Positions 49,667-59,813 of a stretch of DNA of 64,000 nucleotides are shown here, one piece after another. The DNA is from an uncultured bacterium (GTDB lineage: Bacteria > Desulfobacterota_D > UBA1144). Both the position numbers and the translations under genes were made by a program. Each line of letters opens with the position of its first letter. Position 1 is the stretch's first letter. The notes beneath the pieces were generated by a model. That model had not been told where the DNA came from. It ran no database searches and was given only the letters and a program-made list of their open reading frames with translations. Where the stretch lies: NCBI GenBank assembly GCA_913050245.1, contig CAJWZJ010000001.1, positions 118,617 to 182,616 on the forward strand. The letters run 5' to 3'.

Positions 49667-51058
49667 ATGCATTCTTTTAGCTTTCAGTCTCAATTTAAAA
49701 CTACCAAAGCTAAATTATTTGATTGGCATAAAAAAACTTTTGCTCTTGAAAGATTAACTCCCCCTTGGGAATCCATAAAAGTAAAAGAAAGAATTTACGA
49801 GGGAAATAATTTTATAGATGGTGGAAGAATCAGGCTTCAGCATGAATTAATTCCTTTGATAAAATTAAACTGGAATTTAATCCATAAAAATTATAGTGAA
49901 GGTAATCATTTTACTGATTATATGATAAAAGGCCCTTTTAAATATTGGGAACATCAACATATTTTTGAAGATTCTGGTGATAGTTGCTCCTTGATAGATG
50001 ATATCAAGTTTGATTTCTTTACATCAAATAAAATGATTGCAGAAAAGATTAAATATAAGCTTCATAAATCTTTTCATTATAGACACAAAATTTTAAAGAG
50101 AGATATCGAGGATGAAAATAGAAATCAATTTCATGAAAAGCTAGTTCTCATAACTGGGGGTGATGGTATGATAGGTTCACATCTCATACCTATGTTGAAT
50201 TCAATGGGATATGGGATAGTTCAATTAAAATTTTCAGATAATTTATGTGAAACCAAGCATCATGATTTTTATAAAATAAGCTGGAATCCTTATAAAGATC
50301 ACTTACCTATTTTACCAAAAGAAATATCAGAAAAAATTAAATTTGGTATAAATCTGTCAGGAGAAAATATTTTAGGGCTATATACTGAAAATAAAAAAAA
50401 TAAAATCAGAGAAAGTAGAATAATATCTACGAACTCTCTTAAGATTTTTTTGGAAAAGAACAATATCTCTTTAGAATCTATGATTCATGCTTCAGCGACA
50501 GGTTATTATGGAAATAATATGAACACTAATCTTGATGAGTCCACTCCTAAGGGTTCAGGGTTTTTGTCTGATACCACGGAAGAATGGGAGTATTATCAAA
50601 ATCATTTTAGTAGCTTATCAAATAGAGTTATTAATTTAAGAATTGGTGCAGTATTATCTATAAAAGGTGGTTTTTTGAAAAATATATATAGACCATATAT
50701 GTTTGGATTAGGAATTGGAATAGATTCAAACAATTATGTTAGTCACATATCAATCGAAGATTTAGTGAGGGCAATATGTTTTATAATGAAAAATGATAAA
50801 TTATCAGGTGTTATTAATGCAGTTTCACCTAATCCTATCAAAATGTCTGATATCTTCAATGATTTAAATAATGTATTAAAACCATTAATTAATTTTAAAA
50901 TTTCTGAAAGGTTGGTTGGAAAATTTATAGGTGAGATTGGAAAGAGTCTTGCTTTATCAAATCAAAACATCATACCAAAAAAGTTACTGAATAATAATTT
51001 TATTTTTTTAAACAATCTATTTATTAAGTCATTAAAAAATGAATTTGGTCAGGATTAA
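49667..51058 (+). CDS. Fusion protein: an N-terminal SRPBCC-like domain joined to a TIGR01777/YfcH-type NAD-dependent epimerase with a DUF1731 C-terminus
   Basis: The Rossmann motif LITGGDGMIGSHL lies at residue about 160. A roughly 150-aa domain with SRPBCC-like character precedes it. Length is 463 aa. Confidence 0.6.
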   Translation: MHSFSFQSQFKTTKAKLFDWHKKTFALERLTPPWESIKVKERIYEGNNFIDGGRIRLQHELIPLIKLNWNLIHKNYSEGNHFTDYMIKGPFKYWEHQHIFEDSGDSCSLIDDIKFDFFTSNKMIAEKIKYKLHKSFHYRHKILKRDIEDENRNQFHEKLVLITGGDGMIGSHLIPMLNSMGYGIVQLKFSDNLCETKHHDFYKISWNPYKDHLPILPKEISEKIKFGINLSGENILGLYTENKKNKIRESRIISTNSLKIFLEKNNISLESMIHASATGYYGNNMNTNLDESTPKGSGFLSDTTEEWEYYQNHFSSLSNRVINLRIGAVLSIKGGFLKNIYRPYMFGLGIGIDSNNYVSHISIEDLVRAICFIMKNDKLSGVINAVSPNPIKMSDIFNDLNNVLKPLINFKISERLVGKFIGEIGKSLALSNQNIIPKKLLNNNFIFLNNLFIKSLKNEFGQD

Positions 51059-51686
51059 TAATATGAAAATTGGATCAACAAGAAAGGACTATAAAATTAA
51101 GAAGAAAATAATAATAAAGGACAACAACCCAATTCTAACTTTTGATTATTGGTATAAAAAGGCATCAAAAACCGTATCTGAACCAAATGCTTTTTGTCTT
51201 TCGACTATTAGTGGCAATAATGCTGAATCAAGGATGATGCTTTTAAAAGATTATGGAAATAAATTTACTTTTTTTACTAATATTAAAAGTAGAAAGGGAA
51301 GTCAGATTCTGAAAACTAAAAAGTGTTCTATGAATTTTTGGTGGAAAGAAATACATCAACAAGTAAGAATTTCTGGAAATATTTCTAAATTGCAGAATAA
51401 ATTAACAATGGATTATTTTTATAGTAGGCCTAAGGAAAGTCAAATAGCTGCACTTATTTCTAATCAAAGCCGTGTTATTAAATCATATGACATTTTAATT
51501 AAAAGATATAAAAATTTTATTAAAGAATATAAGAACAAAGAAGTACCCTTCCCTAGCAATTGGGTAGGTTTTGAAATAAATCCTCTTAAATTTGAATTCT
51601 GGCAAGGTGGTGAATTTAGATTGCATCAGAGAGTAGAATTTATTAAAGTAGGTAAGAAATGGAAAAAGAATTTACTGGCACCCTAA
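51039..51686 (+). CDS. pdxH: Pyridoxamine 5'-phosphate oxidase
   Basis: The C-terminal signature WVGFEINPLKFEFWQGGEFRLHQR and the FMN-binding region are present. The alternative ATG at 51063 is possible. Confidence 0.85.
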   Translation: MNLVRINNMKIGSTRKDYKIKKKIIIKDNNPILTFDYWYKKASKTVSEPNAFCLSTISGNNAESRMMLLKDYGNKFTFFTNIKSRKGSQILKTKKCSMNFWWKEIHQQVRISGNISKLQNKLTMDYFYSRPKESQIAALISNQSRVIKSYDILIKRYKNFIKEYKNKEVPFPSNWVGFEINPLKFEFWQGGEFRLHQRVEFIKVGKKWKKNLLAP

Positions 51687-52105
51687 AAATCAAGCCAAGA
51701 TTCTATGTTGACAAAGAATGTAATTGGTTTCAAGACGGTAAGCCAATTACACATCAAAGAATATATAAATACAATTATGAAAATCTAAAATACAAAGATG
51801 GTCTTTTCTTTATTCAAGAAGGTAAATCAAGGGCTTACATATATTTTGAAGATAAACCATTCATTATAAAAAGTGTAACCTATATGCAAAGCAAAATTCT
51901 TATTACATTAAATGATTTCACCGAGGAAGTTTTAGATTTAGAGTCTCTATATTTTATGGAGAACATACCTTACTGTTTAGTAAAAAATAAAGAATTTGAA
52001 GCAAAATTTTCTAGGCCTGCTTTATATCAACTTTCGAGGGAAATCAAAGAGAATAATGGTAATTTTTTTCTTTTTGATAAGTCTATAGACTTTAGATATC
52101 CATAA
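51659..52105 (+). CDS. Hypothetical protein (148 aa)
   Basis: Only the ORF supports it. It overlaps pdxH by 28 nt and no motif was recognised. Confidence 0.4.
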   Translation: MEKEFTGTLKIKPRFYVDKECNWFQDGKPITHQRIYKYNYENLKYKDGLFFIQEGKSRAYIYFEDKPFIIKSVTYMQSKILITLNDFTEEVLDLESLYFMENIPYCLVKNKEFEAKFSRPALYQLSREIKENNGNFFLFDKSIDFRYP

Positions 52106-52191
52106 TTTTAAGAAAATGGGCTATATATAAATATAAAAATACTGGGAGATATATAGGCCAAACACTCCCTTCATGATATAATTTCAGCAAA

Positions 52192-53448
52192 ATGGTATAC
52201 ATAAGACTAATACAGATTCTAGTTTTTTTATCAATATTTGCAACTAGTTACCAAATCTCATCTGCTAGTGAGCTTGATTTAAATTTGGATACAGCAATAG
52301 AAATAGCAGATGCAAATAATTTTGAGTTGAAATATTATAAAAAAGAATTGGAATCAAAAGATTTTTTAAAAACACAATATGCTTCAGCATATTTGCCTCA
52401 AGTTGATATGACCCTTATCTATCCATTTGTAGGTAGATCATCTCAAATATCTTTTACACAAATACTTTATGATTTTGGAAAGCTAAACAAAAGAGTTGAA
52501 TCTGGTGGATACGCAATTAAAGCTTTTGAATATACAATTGCCTCGAAAAGAGATGAGATTATAAATAGAATTTCAGAAAATTTTTATGAAATTTTAAAAT
52601 TAGAAAATTCAATAAATAAAACATTAAAAGATATTGAAACAAATAAAGATATTTTAAAAAAGAATGAAGCTTTTATGGAGGCTGGTAGAGTTTCTACTAT
52701 TGATGTCACAGATGCAAACATAGATTTGAGTGAATCCGAACTTGAGTATATTGAACTCCAAGGCGAACTTCTAAAATATGAGGAAGATCTATTCAACTTA
52801 ATTGGGATTGAAAAGCCAAAAAAAGTTAAATATGAATCTTCACTTAAATACACAAGGCTTAATCTAAATGAAGATCAAGTTCTTGAAGCTAGATCTTTTA
52901 ATGATAATGAGGTGAAATCAATTGAAATGGCGATACTTTCACAAAAAGCTTTGATCAGTGCTTATAAAAGAGATTTCTTACCGACATTAATAGCAGGTGG
53001 AGCTTATCGATTTGAAGGTAAAGGGGTTGCCGAGGAAGATAAAGATAACGATTTTATAGTTGGTCTTGGCTTAAGATGGCAATTATTTGCAGGGGGTAAG
53101 ACAATGGGGCAGATAAGAGAGGCTAAGGCAAGAATTCAGGCTTTGGATGCCAAATTAGCATTTCAAAAAAGACAAATAAAATCTACCATAAAATATGGAT
53201 TGATTGATTTAGATACTGCTTATTATAAAATCGATGTTTATAAAAAGTCATTAAATTCTGCAAAACTCAATTATGACTTTGTAAAAACAAAATTTGAAAG
53301 TGGGGAGTCATCCCGTGTAGACTTAAAAGAGGCAGAAAGGCTCTTGGAAGAACAAAATTCTAATTATGAAAATGCAATTTATAGTTATTTGATAAAAATA
53401 GCAAGGTTTGAAAAAGTTGTAGGAGTAAAAATTAATGAAAAAAATTAA
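52192..53448 (+). CDS. TolC-family outer membrane efflux protein
   Basis: A signal peptide (MVYIRLIQILVFLSIFATSYQISSA) is followed by two TolC-type repeats. It is first in an efflux operon. Confidence 0.8.
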   Translation: MVYIRLIQILVFLSIFATSYQISSASELDLNLDTAIEIADANNFELKYYKKELESKDFLKTQYASAYLPQVDMTLIYPFVGRSSQISFTQILYDFGKLNKRVESGGYAIKAFEYTIASKRDEIINRISENFYEILKLENSINKTLKDIETNKDILKKNEAFMEAGRVSTIDVTDANIDLSESELEYIELQGELLKYEEDLFNLIGIEKPKKVKYESSLKYTRLNLNEDQVLEARSFNDNEVKSIEMAILSQKALISAYKRDFLPTLIAGGAYRFEGKGVAEEDKDNDFIVGLGLRWQLFAGGKTMGQIREAKARIQALDAKLAFQKRQIKSTIKYGLIDLDTAYYKIDVYKKSLNSAKLNYDFVKTKFESGESSRVDLKEAERLLEEQNSNYENAIYSYLIKIARFEKVVGVKINEKN

Positions 53449-54595
53449 ATTAAATATTATTCTTGCAATATTACTATCAATTTTCTTAGTTTTTAGAATA
53501 TCAACTAAGGAATCGACTCCTGATTTTAGATTTTCTACAACAGAGGTTGTAACTGGCGACATAATCGAGTCGGTAATGAGTTCTGGCAAAATAATACCCG
53601 GAGAAGAAATAAAAGTTTATTCAAGAGTTAATGGCGATATCTATAAAACATATGTCGAATATGGCGATATTGTAAAAAAAGGACAAATACTTATTGAATT
53701 AGATTCTTCAACTTATGAAAATGAATTATCCACTAAGTTAAAAAATTTAGAAATTCTTAATATTGAACTAACCCAAATGAAAAAAAAGGTTGATACTGAC
53801 ATTAAACTTTTAGAAGGTGGTTATATTGCAAAGATTGAGCTTGAAGAAAGTGAAAATGATTACAGAATTAAATCTATTGAAATCGATGAATTGCAAACTT
53901 CAATTGACTTACTAAATCAACAAATAAGCGATACTAAACTTACATCTCCGATTGATGGAAGAGTTGATTATCTTAATGAAGATTTAATTACTGAAGGAAA
54001 AATGTTTGTTAATAGCTGGGCTTATACAATATCTTCAGGTCATCGAGATCTTAATATAAGCCTTAGCATTGATGGAAGAGAGATTACTAAAGTAGATGTT
54101 GGTCAAAATGTTGAATTTTCTGTTGAGAATAGTGATAAAATAAAATTCCTAGGTGTAGTCAAAAAAATAGTGGAGCCAATTGGATTAAAACCTAATATTG
54201 ATAAAAGCCCAGTATTTTATGAGGTGATTGTAAAAATACTTGATACAAATTCATCTTTAAAAACTGGTCTCAGTGTTGATGCAACTATCAATATACAAGT
54301 AAAGAATAATATCAATAAAATTAAAAGATCTTGTCTAAGGTTTGTTCCACCAGAAGGAATTTTAATTAAAAAAGCTCCTAATAATACCCAAGGATCAGAT
54401 GTTATTTGGACATTAAATAACGATAATTCTTTATCTGCATACTCTGTAATTACAGGTATAAAAGATAGCGAATATGTGGAGATTATTGATAGGAAGAACT
54501 TACCAAAAGATTCAAAAATAATAACAAGTGTTGAAATTGTAAATAAGAATAAATCATCAAATGGCTTTTCCTTACCGCAGCCAAAGAGATATTAA
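53435..54595 (+). CDS. Efflux transporter periplasmic adaptor subunit (HlyD/MacA family)
   Basis: An N-terminal TM anchor is followed by a coiled-coil hairpin and beta-barrel domains. Its start overlaps the TolC-like stop. Confidence 0.8.
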   Translation: MKKIKLNIILAILLSIFLVFRISTKESTPDFRFSTTEVVTGDIIESVMSSGKIIPGEEIKVYSRVNGDIYKTYVEYGDIVKKGQILIELDSSTYENELSTKLKNLEILNIELTQMKKKVDTDIKLLEGGYIAKIELEESENDYRIKSIEIDELQTSIDLLNQQISDTKLTSPIDGRVDYLNEDLITEGKMFVNSWAYTISSGHRDLNISLSIDGREITKVDVGQNVEFSVENSDKIKFLGVVKKIVEPIGLKPNIDKSPVFYEVIVKILDTNSSLKTGLSVDATINIQVKNNINKIKRSCLRFVPPEGILIKKAPNNTQGSDVIWTLNNDNSLSAYSVITGIKDSEYVEIIDRKNLPKDSKIITSVEIVNKNKSSNGFSLPQPKRY

Positions 54596-54596
54596 T

Positions 54597-55274
54597 ATGT
54601 CAAATACCCCTTTGCTTGAACTTTCAGGTATTAATAAAATTTACAAAATGGGTCAAATTGATTTACAAGTTTTATATGATGTAAGCCTTCATATTTATAA
54701 TGGTGATTTTGTATCAATAGTTGGACCCTCAGGATCTGGAAAAACAACACTCCTTAACATAATTGCATGTTTGGATAGGCCGACAAGTGGTACGTATAAT
54801 TTTTTTGGTGAAGATGTAGGCCTTAAATCCAATGATGAAATGTCTGAAATTAGAAATTTAAGAATTGGATTTATATTTCAAAGCTTTAATTTAATACCTA
54901 GGCATACGGCTTTGGAAAATGTCATAATGCCCCTCCACTATTCTTCAAGGTTTAAAAATTCCAGTTTTAAAGATCTTGGACTTGAGTGTCTTGAGAAAGT
55001 TGGATTATCTGAGCGTGTTGGCCATTATCCTAATGAATTATCAGGTGGTCAACAGCAAAGAGTCGCTATTGCACGTGCTTTGGTTACTAATCCTGAAATA
55101 ATATTAGCTGATGAGCCAACGGGTAACTTAGACTCAAAAACCAGTGACGATATAATGGAACTTTTAAAAAATTTAAATAAATCTGGAAAAACTATTATTA
55201 CAATTACACATGATAATGAAGTAGCAGAACAAGCAAGTGAAATCATCAAAATAAAAGATGGAAGAGTGATTTAA
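54597..55274 (+). CDS. ABC transporter ATP-binding protein (MacB/LolD type)
   Basis: Walker A GPSGSGKTT, signature LSGGQQQRVAIARA and Walker B ILADEPTGNLD are present. The ATG at 54597 (MSNTPLLEL) was chosen over the track start at 54561. Confidence 0.85.
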   Translation: MSNTPLLELSGINKIYKMGQIDLQVLYDVSLHIYNGDFVSIVGPSGSGKTTLLNIIACLDRPTSGTYNFFGEDVGLKSNDEMSEIRNLRIGFIFQSFNLIPRHTALENVIMPLHYSSRFKNSSFKDLGLECLEKVGLSERVGHYPNELSGGQQQRVAIARALVTNPEIILADEPTGNLDSKTSDDIMELLKNLNKSGKTIITITHDNEVAEQASEIIKIKDGRVI

Positions 55275-56495
55275 TTGATACCTAATTATATATTATCCAA
55301 TATTAATGAAGCGAGAATTAATTTATTTAGAAATAAAACCAGAACTTTACTAACCTCTCTTGGGATAATAATAGGAATAACTTCAGTAATTATATTAATT
55401 GCAATTACCAATGGTGCTCGATCAGTTATAGAAACACAACTTACTAGTTTAGGAGCTAAAACAATCATGTTAAAACCTTTTGTAAGGACTGCTAGTGGTT
55501 TTAGTACTGGTCGGGGGCAAAATTTTAATGAGAATGAATTGAATTTAATTAAGAATCTTGACTCAGTTGACTATTTAGCACCAATTGTCAAAGCTTCTGA
55601 AGAAGTTAATTATAGATCTACTTCAAATATAATAGCACTAGTTGGTACAAACCCTGATTTTGCTGGTATAAATGATTGGAAAAATATAAGTGGTTCTTTT
55701 ATCACTGAAAATGATGTAAAAGATGCGACCAAGGTATGTGTTTTAGGATTAACCAATTCAAGAAGATTTTTTGGTGCTGAAGATCCGATTGGGAAAAAAA
55801 TTAGAATTAATGGAATACCTCATCTAGTCATAGGTGTATTAGAGCCAAAAGGCTTAACGCCAGGCGGTAGAGATCAAGATGATTTTATACTACTACCTTA
55901 TACATCTTTAAACAGGCTTTTATTTAGACCTGATATGAGCAATATAGTAACGGTCTTGATGTCTGCTAGAAGTTCTGAGGAATTGGAATATGCAAAATTT
56001 TCTATTATTAAGATTCTAAGAGAAACTAGAAACATAAATCCTGGAGAAGATAATTTTGATATTTCTTCATATGAAGGAGTAACAAAAAAAATTCTAGGTA
56101 CAACAAAAATTTTACGAATTTTACTGACCTCAATTGCCTCAATATCGTTAATAGTGGGTGGAATTGGTATAATGAATATAATGCTAGTCTCTGTATCTGA
56201 GAGGACTAAAGAAATTGGAATTAGAATTACTATTGGTGCAAAAAGTAGAGATATTGTTTTTCAATTTTTATGTGAGTCTGCACTATTATCTTTAATAGGT
56301 GGTATAGTTGGAGTTTTATTAGGCTTCATTATTAGTAAAATAGCATCTACAATTATAGGCTGGCCGGCAATTGTATCATTGTCCTCAGTTTTTGTAGCTT
56401 TTTTCTTTTCTGGAGGTATTGGAATATTTTTTGGGATATATCCAGCATTTAAAGCATCTAAACTAGATCCAATAATGGCAATTAGGAATGAATGA
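55275..56495 (+). CDS. ABC transporter permease (MacB/FtsX family)
   Basis: A MacB-like periplasmic domain is followed by a C-terminal FtsX 4-TM bundle. It uses a TTG start immediately after the ATPase stop. Confidence 0.8.
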   Translation: MIPNYILSNINEARINLFRNKTRTLLTSLGIIIGITSVIILIAITNGARSVIETQLTSLGAKTIMLKPFVRTASGFSTGRGQNFNENELNLIKNLDSVDYLAPIVKASEEVNYRSTSNIIALVGTNPDFAGINDWKNISGSFITENDVKDATKVCVLGLTNSRRFFGAEDPIGKKIRINGIPHLVIGVLEPKGLTPGGRDQDDFILLPYTSLNRLLFRPDMSNIVTVLMSARSSEELEYAKFSIIKILRETRNINPGEDNFDISSYEGVTKKILGTTKILRILLTSIASISLIVGGIGIMNIMLVSVSERTKEIGIRITIGAKSRDIVFQFLCESALLSLIGGIVGVLLGFIISKIASTIIGWPAIVSLSSVFVAFFFSGGIGIFFGIYPAFKASKLDPIMAIRNE

Positions 56496-56669
56496 ATGAT
56501 TTTTATAGGATTTAATTTTTTGATTAATAATTTTTTAAAAATACCATTATTTAGAGGTATACCCTTAATTATTTTTACTATTATTATATATCCCCTAAGT
56601 ATTATAGTCTTATATCTACTTAAAGTATTTGGTTTTTTAAGTCTTATAATATCAAGGACATTAAAATGA
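56496..56669 (+). CDS. Possible small hydrophobic protein (57 aa, not in the ORF track)
   Basis: An ATG 1 nt after the permease stop opens a frame encoding MIFIGFNFLINNFLKIPLFRGIPLIIFTIIIYPLSIIVLYLLKVFGFLSLIISRTLK. Its stop overlaps the uppS ATG (ATGA). Confidence 0.3.
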   Translation: MIFIGFNFLINNFLKIPLFRGIPLIIFTIIIYPLSIIVLYLLKVFGFLSLIISRTLK

Positions 56670-57352
56670 ACAATATACCTAAACATGTCGCTATCATAAT
56701 GGATGGAAATAGAAGATGGGCCGAGAAGAAAAATCTTAAAAAAATTGATGGCCATAAAATGGGAATTGAAACAGCAAAAGAAATTTCTATAGAGTCAAAT
56801 AATCTTGGTATTAAAGAAATAACTCTCTATGCTTTTTCATTTCAAAACTGGAACCGTCCTAAAGTTGAAATTGAATCTTTGTTTAATCTATTCTATGAAC
56901 TATTTGAAGATAAATCGAAATTTTTTTCACTTAATAGTTTTATTTTTAACCCAATAGGTAGGATTGACCTGCTTAATAATGTAATTAAGAAGAAATTGAT
57001 CAATTTAAAAAATGTTACACAGAATAATAAAAAACTAAAAATAAATGTTGCAATTAATTATGGTGGTATTGAAGAGATAATAGATACATTTAAAAATCTA
57101 GTAAATGCCAATATCAATTTAGAAGACCTGAATGAAGATACATTAAGACAATACTCTTATCTTCCTATTTCGCCAAGTCCAGAACTTATTATAAGAACAG
57201 GGGGGTATAACAGAATTTCAAATTTTTTAAACCTTCATAACTCGTATTCAGAAATTATTATTTCAAATAAATTATGGCCAGATTTTACTAAAGACGATTT
57301 CATTTCTATACTTAATGAATATCAATCAATTGAAAGAAATCATGGTAAATAA
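56666..57352 (+). CDS. uppS: Di-trans,poly-cis-undecaprenyl-diphosphate synthase
   Basis: HVAIIMDGNRRWA and the C-terminal RTGG motif are present. Confidence 0.9.
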   Translation: MNNIPKHVAIIMDGNRRWAEKKNLKKIDGHKMGIETAKEISIESNNLGIKEITLYAFSFQNWNRPKVEIESLFNLFYELFEDKSKFFSLNSFIFNPIGRIDLLNNVIKKKLINLKNVTQNNKKLKINVAINYGGIEEIIDTFKNLVNANINLEDLNEDTLRQYSYLPISPSPELIIRTGGYNRISNFLNLHNSYSEIIISNKLWPDFTKDDFISILNEYQSIERNHGK

Positions 57353-58487
57353 TAAAATATCAATTTTGGGTTCGACGGGGGAAATAGGTAAACAAACTCT
57401 GGAACTATTAAATAACAAGAAATATAGAATCTCATTACTGGCTTGTGATAAAAATATAAAAGTCCTTAAGAGTCAGGTCATCAAATTCAATCCAGATGCA
57501 GTCTATATAAATTCTGAAATTTGCAGAGATAAATTTAAAAAAATAAAATTTAAGAAGAAGTTTATAATATTAGAAGATTCTAAGGATCTTGCTAATTTTT
57601 GTTCTTCAAAAAAAAATAATATAGTACTAGCATGTACATCTGGCATAAATTCAATCAACAGCGTAATAGCTGGCTTAAAGAATGGTAAAAAAGTTTGTAT
57701 TGCCAGTAAGGAAATTTTTATGTTATTTGGCAAAGAGCTCATGAAAATTTCAAAGAAATATCAAAATCCTATCATACCAGTTGATAGTGAGCACTCGGGA
57801 ATATTCCAAAGTCTTAATAATAAAGATATAAAAAATGTTAAAAAAATATATATAACTGCTTCTGGTGGTCCTTTTTATGGGATGTCTCGAGATCAGCTAA
57901 AAAAAGTTTCAGTTAAAAAAGCTTTAAAACATCCTACGTGGAAAATGGGTAAAAAAATTACAATAGATTCGGCCACTCTCATGAATAAGGCTATAGAGAT
58001 AGTTGAAGCATCAATAATTTTTGGAATACCAAGTAAAGACATTCAACCGGTACTTGATCGAAGTAGTAAAATTCACTCTATCATCGAGTTTGATGACGGT
58101 AATTATATATTTTCAGCAAGTTCAAACAGTATGAAAATACCTATAAATTTTGCAATTAATTTTCCAAATAGGAATAAAATAAATATTAATAAAAACATGG
58201 ATATTTATAAAAAAATAAAAATTGAGAAAATTAACGAGAAAAATCATAAAGCATTTAGAATTTGCAGATTAGCAATAAGAAAAGGTGGCTCAACCCTTGC
58301 TGTTTTAAATGCCGCAAACAATGTTGCAGTGAATGCTTACTTAGAACAAAAAATTTCTTTTCTTGATATATTAAATATTGTTGAAAAAGTTGTAATTAAA
58401 CATAAACCAAAGAAAAAATATACTTTGAGTCAAATAATCAAAATTTATAAAGAAACTGAGGAATTAACTTTAAATCTTTGTAATTGA
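57342..58487 (+). CDS. dxr: 1-deoxy-D-xylulose 5-phosphate reductoisomerase
   Basis: ISILGSTGEIGKQTLE matches the GSTGSIG motif. The ATG at 57342 gives the canonical N-terminus; the track start at 57315 is also ATG. Confidence 0.85.
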   Translation: MVNNKISILGSTGEIGKQTLELLNNKKYRISLLACDKNIKVLKSQVIKFNPDAVYINSEICRDKFKKIKFKKKFIILEDSKDLANFCSSKKNNIVLACTSGINSINSVIAGLKNGKKVCIASKEIFMLFGKELMKISKKYQNPIIPVDSEHSGIFQSLNNKDIKNVKKIYITASGGPFYGMSRDQLKKVSVKKALKHPTWKMGKKITIDSATLMNKAIEIVEASIIFGIPSKDIQPVLDRSSKIHSIIEFDDGNYIFSASSNSMKIPINFAINFPNRNKININKNMDIYKKIKIEKINEKNHKAFRICRLAIRKGGSTLAVLNAANNVAVNAYLEQKISFLDILNIVEKVVIKHKPKKKYTLSQIIKIYKETEELTLNLCN

Positions 58488-58505
58488 ATATATATTATTA
58501 TTTCG

Positions 58506-59813
58506 ATGACTATAATTGTTTTTTTATTAATAATTAGTTTTTTGATTTTTATCCATGAACTTGGCCATCTTTTAGCAGCAAAATGGGCAAATGTAAAAGT
58601 TGAAAATTTTTCAATAGGTTTTGGTCCCAAAATATTTAGATTCAACTTAGGTGAAACCGAGTACTCCTTATCTCTATTGCCTCTTGGTGGATATGTAAAA
58701 ATGCAGGGGGAAAACATATTAGAAAAAGATAAGGATTTAAATACTGATCCTAGTAGAAGCTTTGACAATTTACCTATCTATAAAAAACAAATTATTCTAT
58801 TTGCAGGTCCATTAATGAATTTAATTGTACCTTTTTTTCTTTTTCCTTTAATTTTTATCAATGGAATCGATTCTCCAAAATATCTTGATGATAAGATGGT
58901 CATTGGTTCTATTAATACACAAGACGAAAGACTAAAACAAATAGAGCTTAATTCTGAGCTTGTATCCATTAATGATATAGAAATAAAAACTTGGGAAAAC
59001 TTTCTGGATATCAAAGATGAAAAATTAAATAGTATAATTCTAATAGAATATATTCATAACAATAAAATAAAAACTTATGAATTTGATAATGCTAAAAATT
59101 CAATAAATTTAAAAGCTGCATTCTCTCCCGCCCTATCTAATGAGCTTGGAGGAATAATGAAAAACTCTTTAGCGGAAATAAATGATTTTAGAAAAGGTGA
59201 CAGAATAATTAAAATCAATAATGTCGAAATCAATAAATGGAGTGACATTAAGCAAACTCTGCTAAGTTCTAAATCTGAAAAATTTGATTTTATGATTCAA
59301 AGGAATGATCAAATAATTAATAAGGAGTTAGTTTTCAAAGCTGATAAAGATAAAATTATAGGTATATCACCAAATATCATAACGGTTAAAAAAGAATTTT
59401 CATTAGAGGAAGTAATCAGTAACTCTTTTGATAAATCTATAATGAGTATTAAGTTAATATTTAATGGTATAACTGGCATATTTGCAAAATTATTTTCATC
59501 GGATTCAGATGTTTCTGAATTAAAGAAAAATCTTGCTGGTCCGATAGCCATCGCAAAATATTCAGGCGAGGCAGCGCAGAAAGGTTTTAACTCTGTTATT
59601 CAATTTATAATAATAATTAGTGTAAATCTTGGAATAATAAATCTTCTTCCAATACCATTATTAGATGGGGGTCATATAACAATTAATACTATAGAAGGAA
59701 TATTGAGAAGAAGAATCAATCCTAAAATTATAGGATTTTTAAATAAAGTTGGCTTTGCACTATTAATATCTCTTATGATTTTTGCAGTCTATAATGACAT
59801 TATAAACTTTTAG
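58506..59813 (+). CDS. rseP: RIP zinc metalloprotease RseP (site-2 protease)
   Basis: HELGHLLAAK contains HExxH in TM1, PDZ domains are present, and the C-terminal LDGG motif (LPIPLLDGGH) is present. Confidence 0.85.
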   Translation: MTIIVFLLIISFLIFIHELGHLLAAKWANVKVENFSIGFGPKIFRFNLGETEYSLSLLPLGGYVKMQGENILEKDKDLNTDPSRSFDNLPIYKKQIILFAGPLMNLIVPFFLFPLIFINGIDSPKYLDDKMVIGSINTQDERLKQIELNSELVSINDIEIKTWENFLDIKDEKLNSIILIEYIHNNKIKTYEFDNAKNSINLKAAFSPALSNELGGIMKNSLAEINDFRKGDRIIKINNVEINKWSDIKQTLLSSKSEKFDFMIQRNDQIINKELVFKADKDKIIGISPNIITVKKEFSLEEVISNSFDKSIMSIKLIFNGITGIFAKLFSSDSDVSELKKNLAGPIAIAKYSGEAAQKGFNSVIQFIIIISVNLGIINLLPIPLLDGGHITINTIEGILRRRINPKIIGFLNKVGFALLISLMIFAVYNDIINF

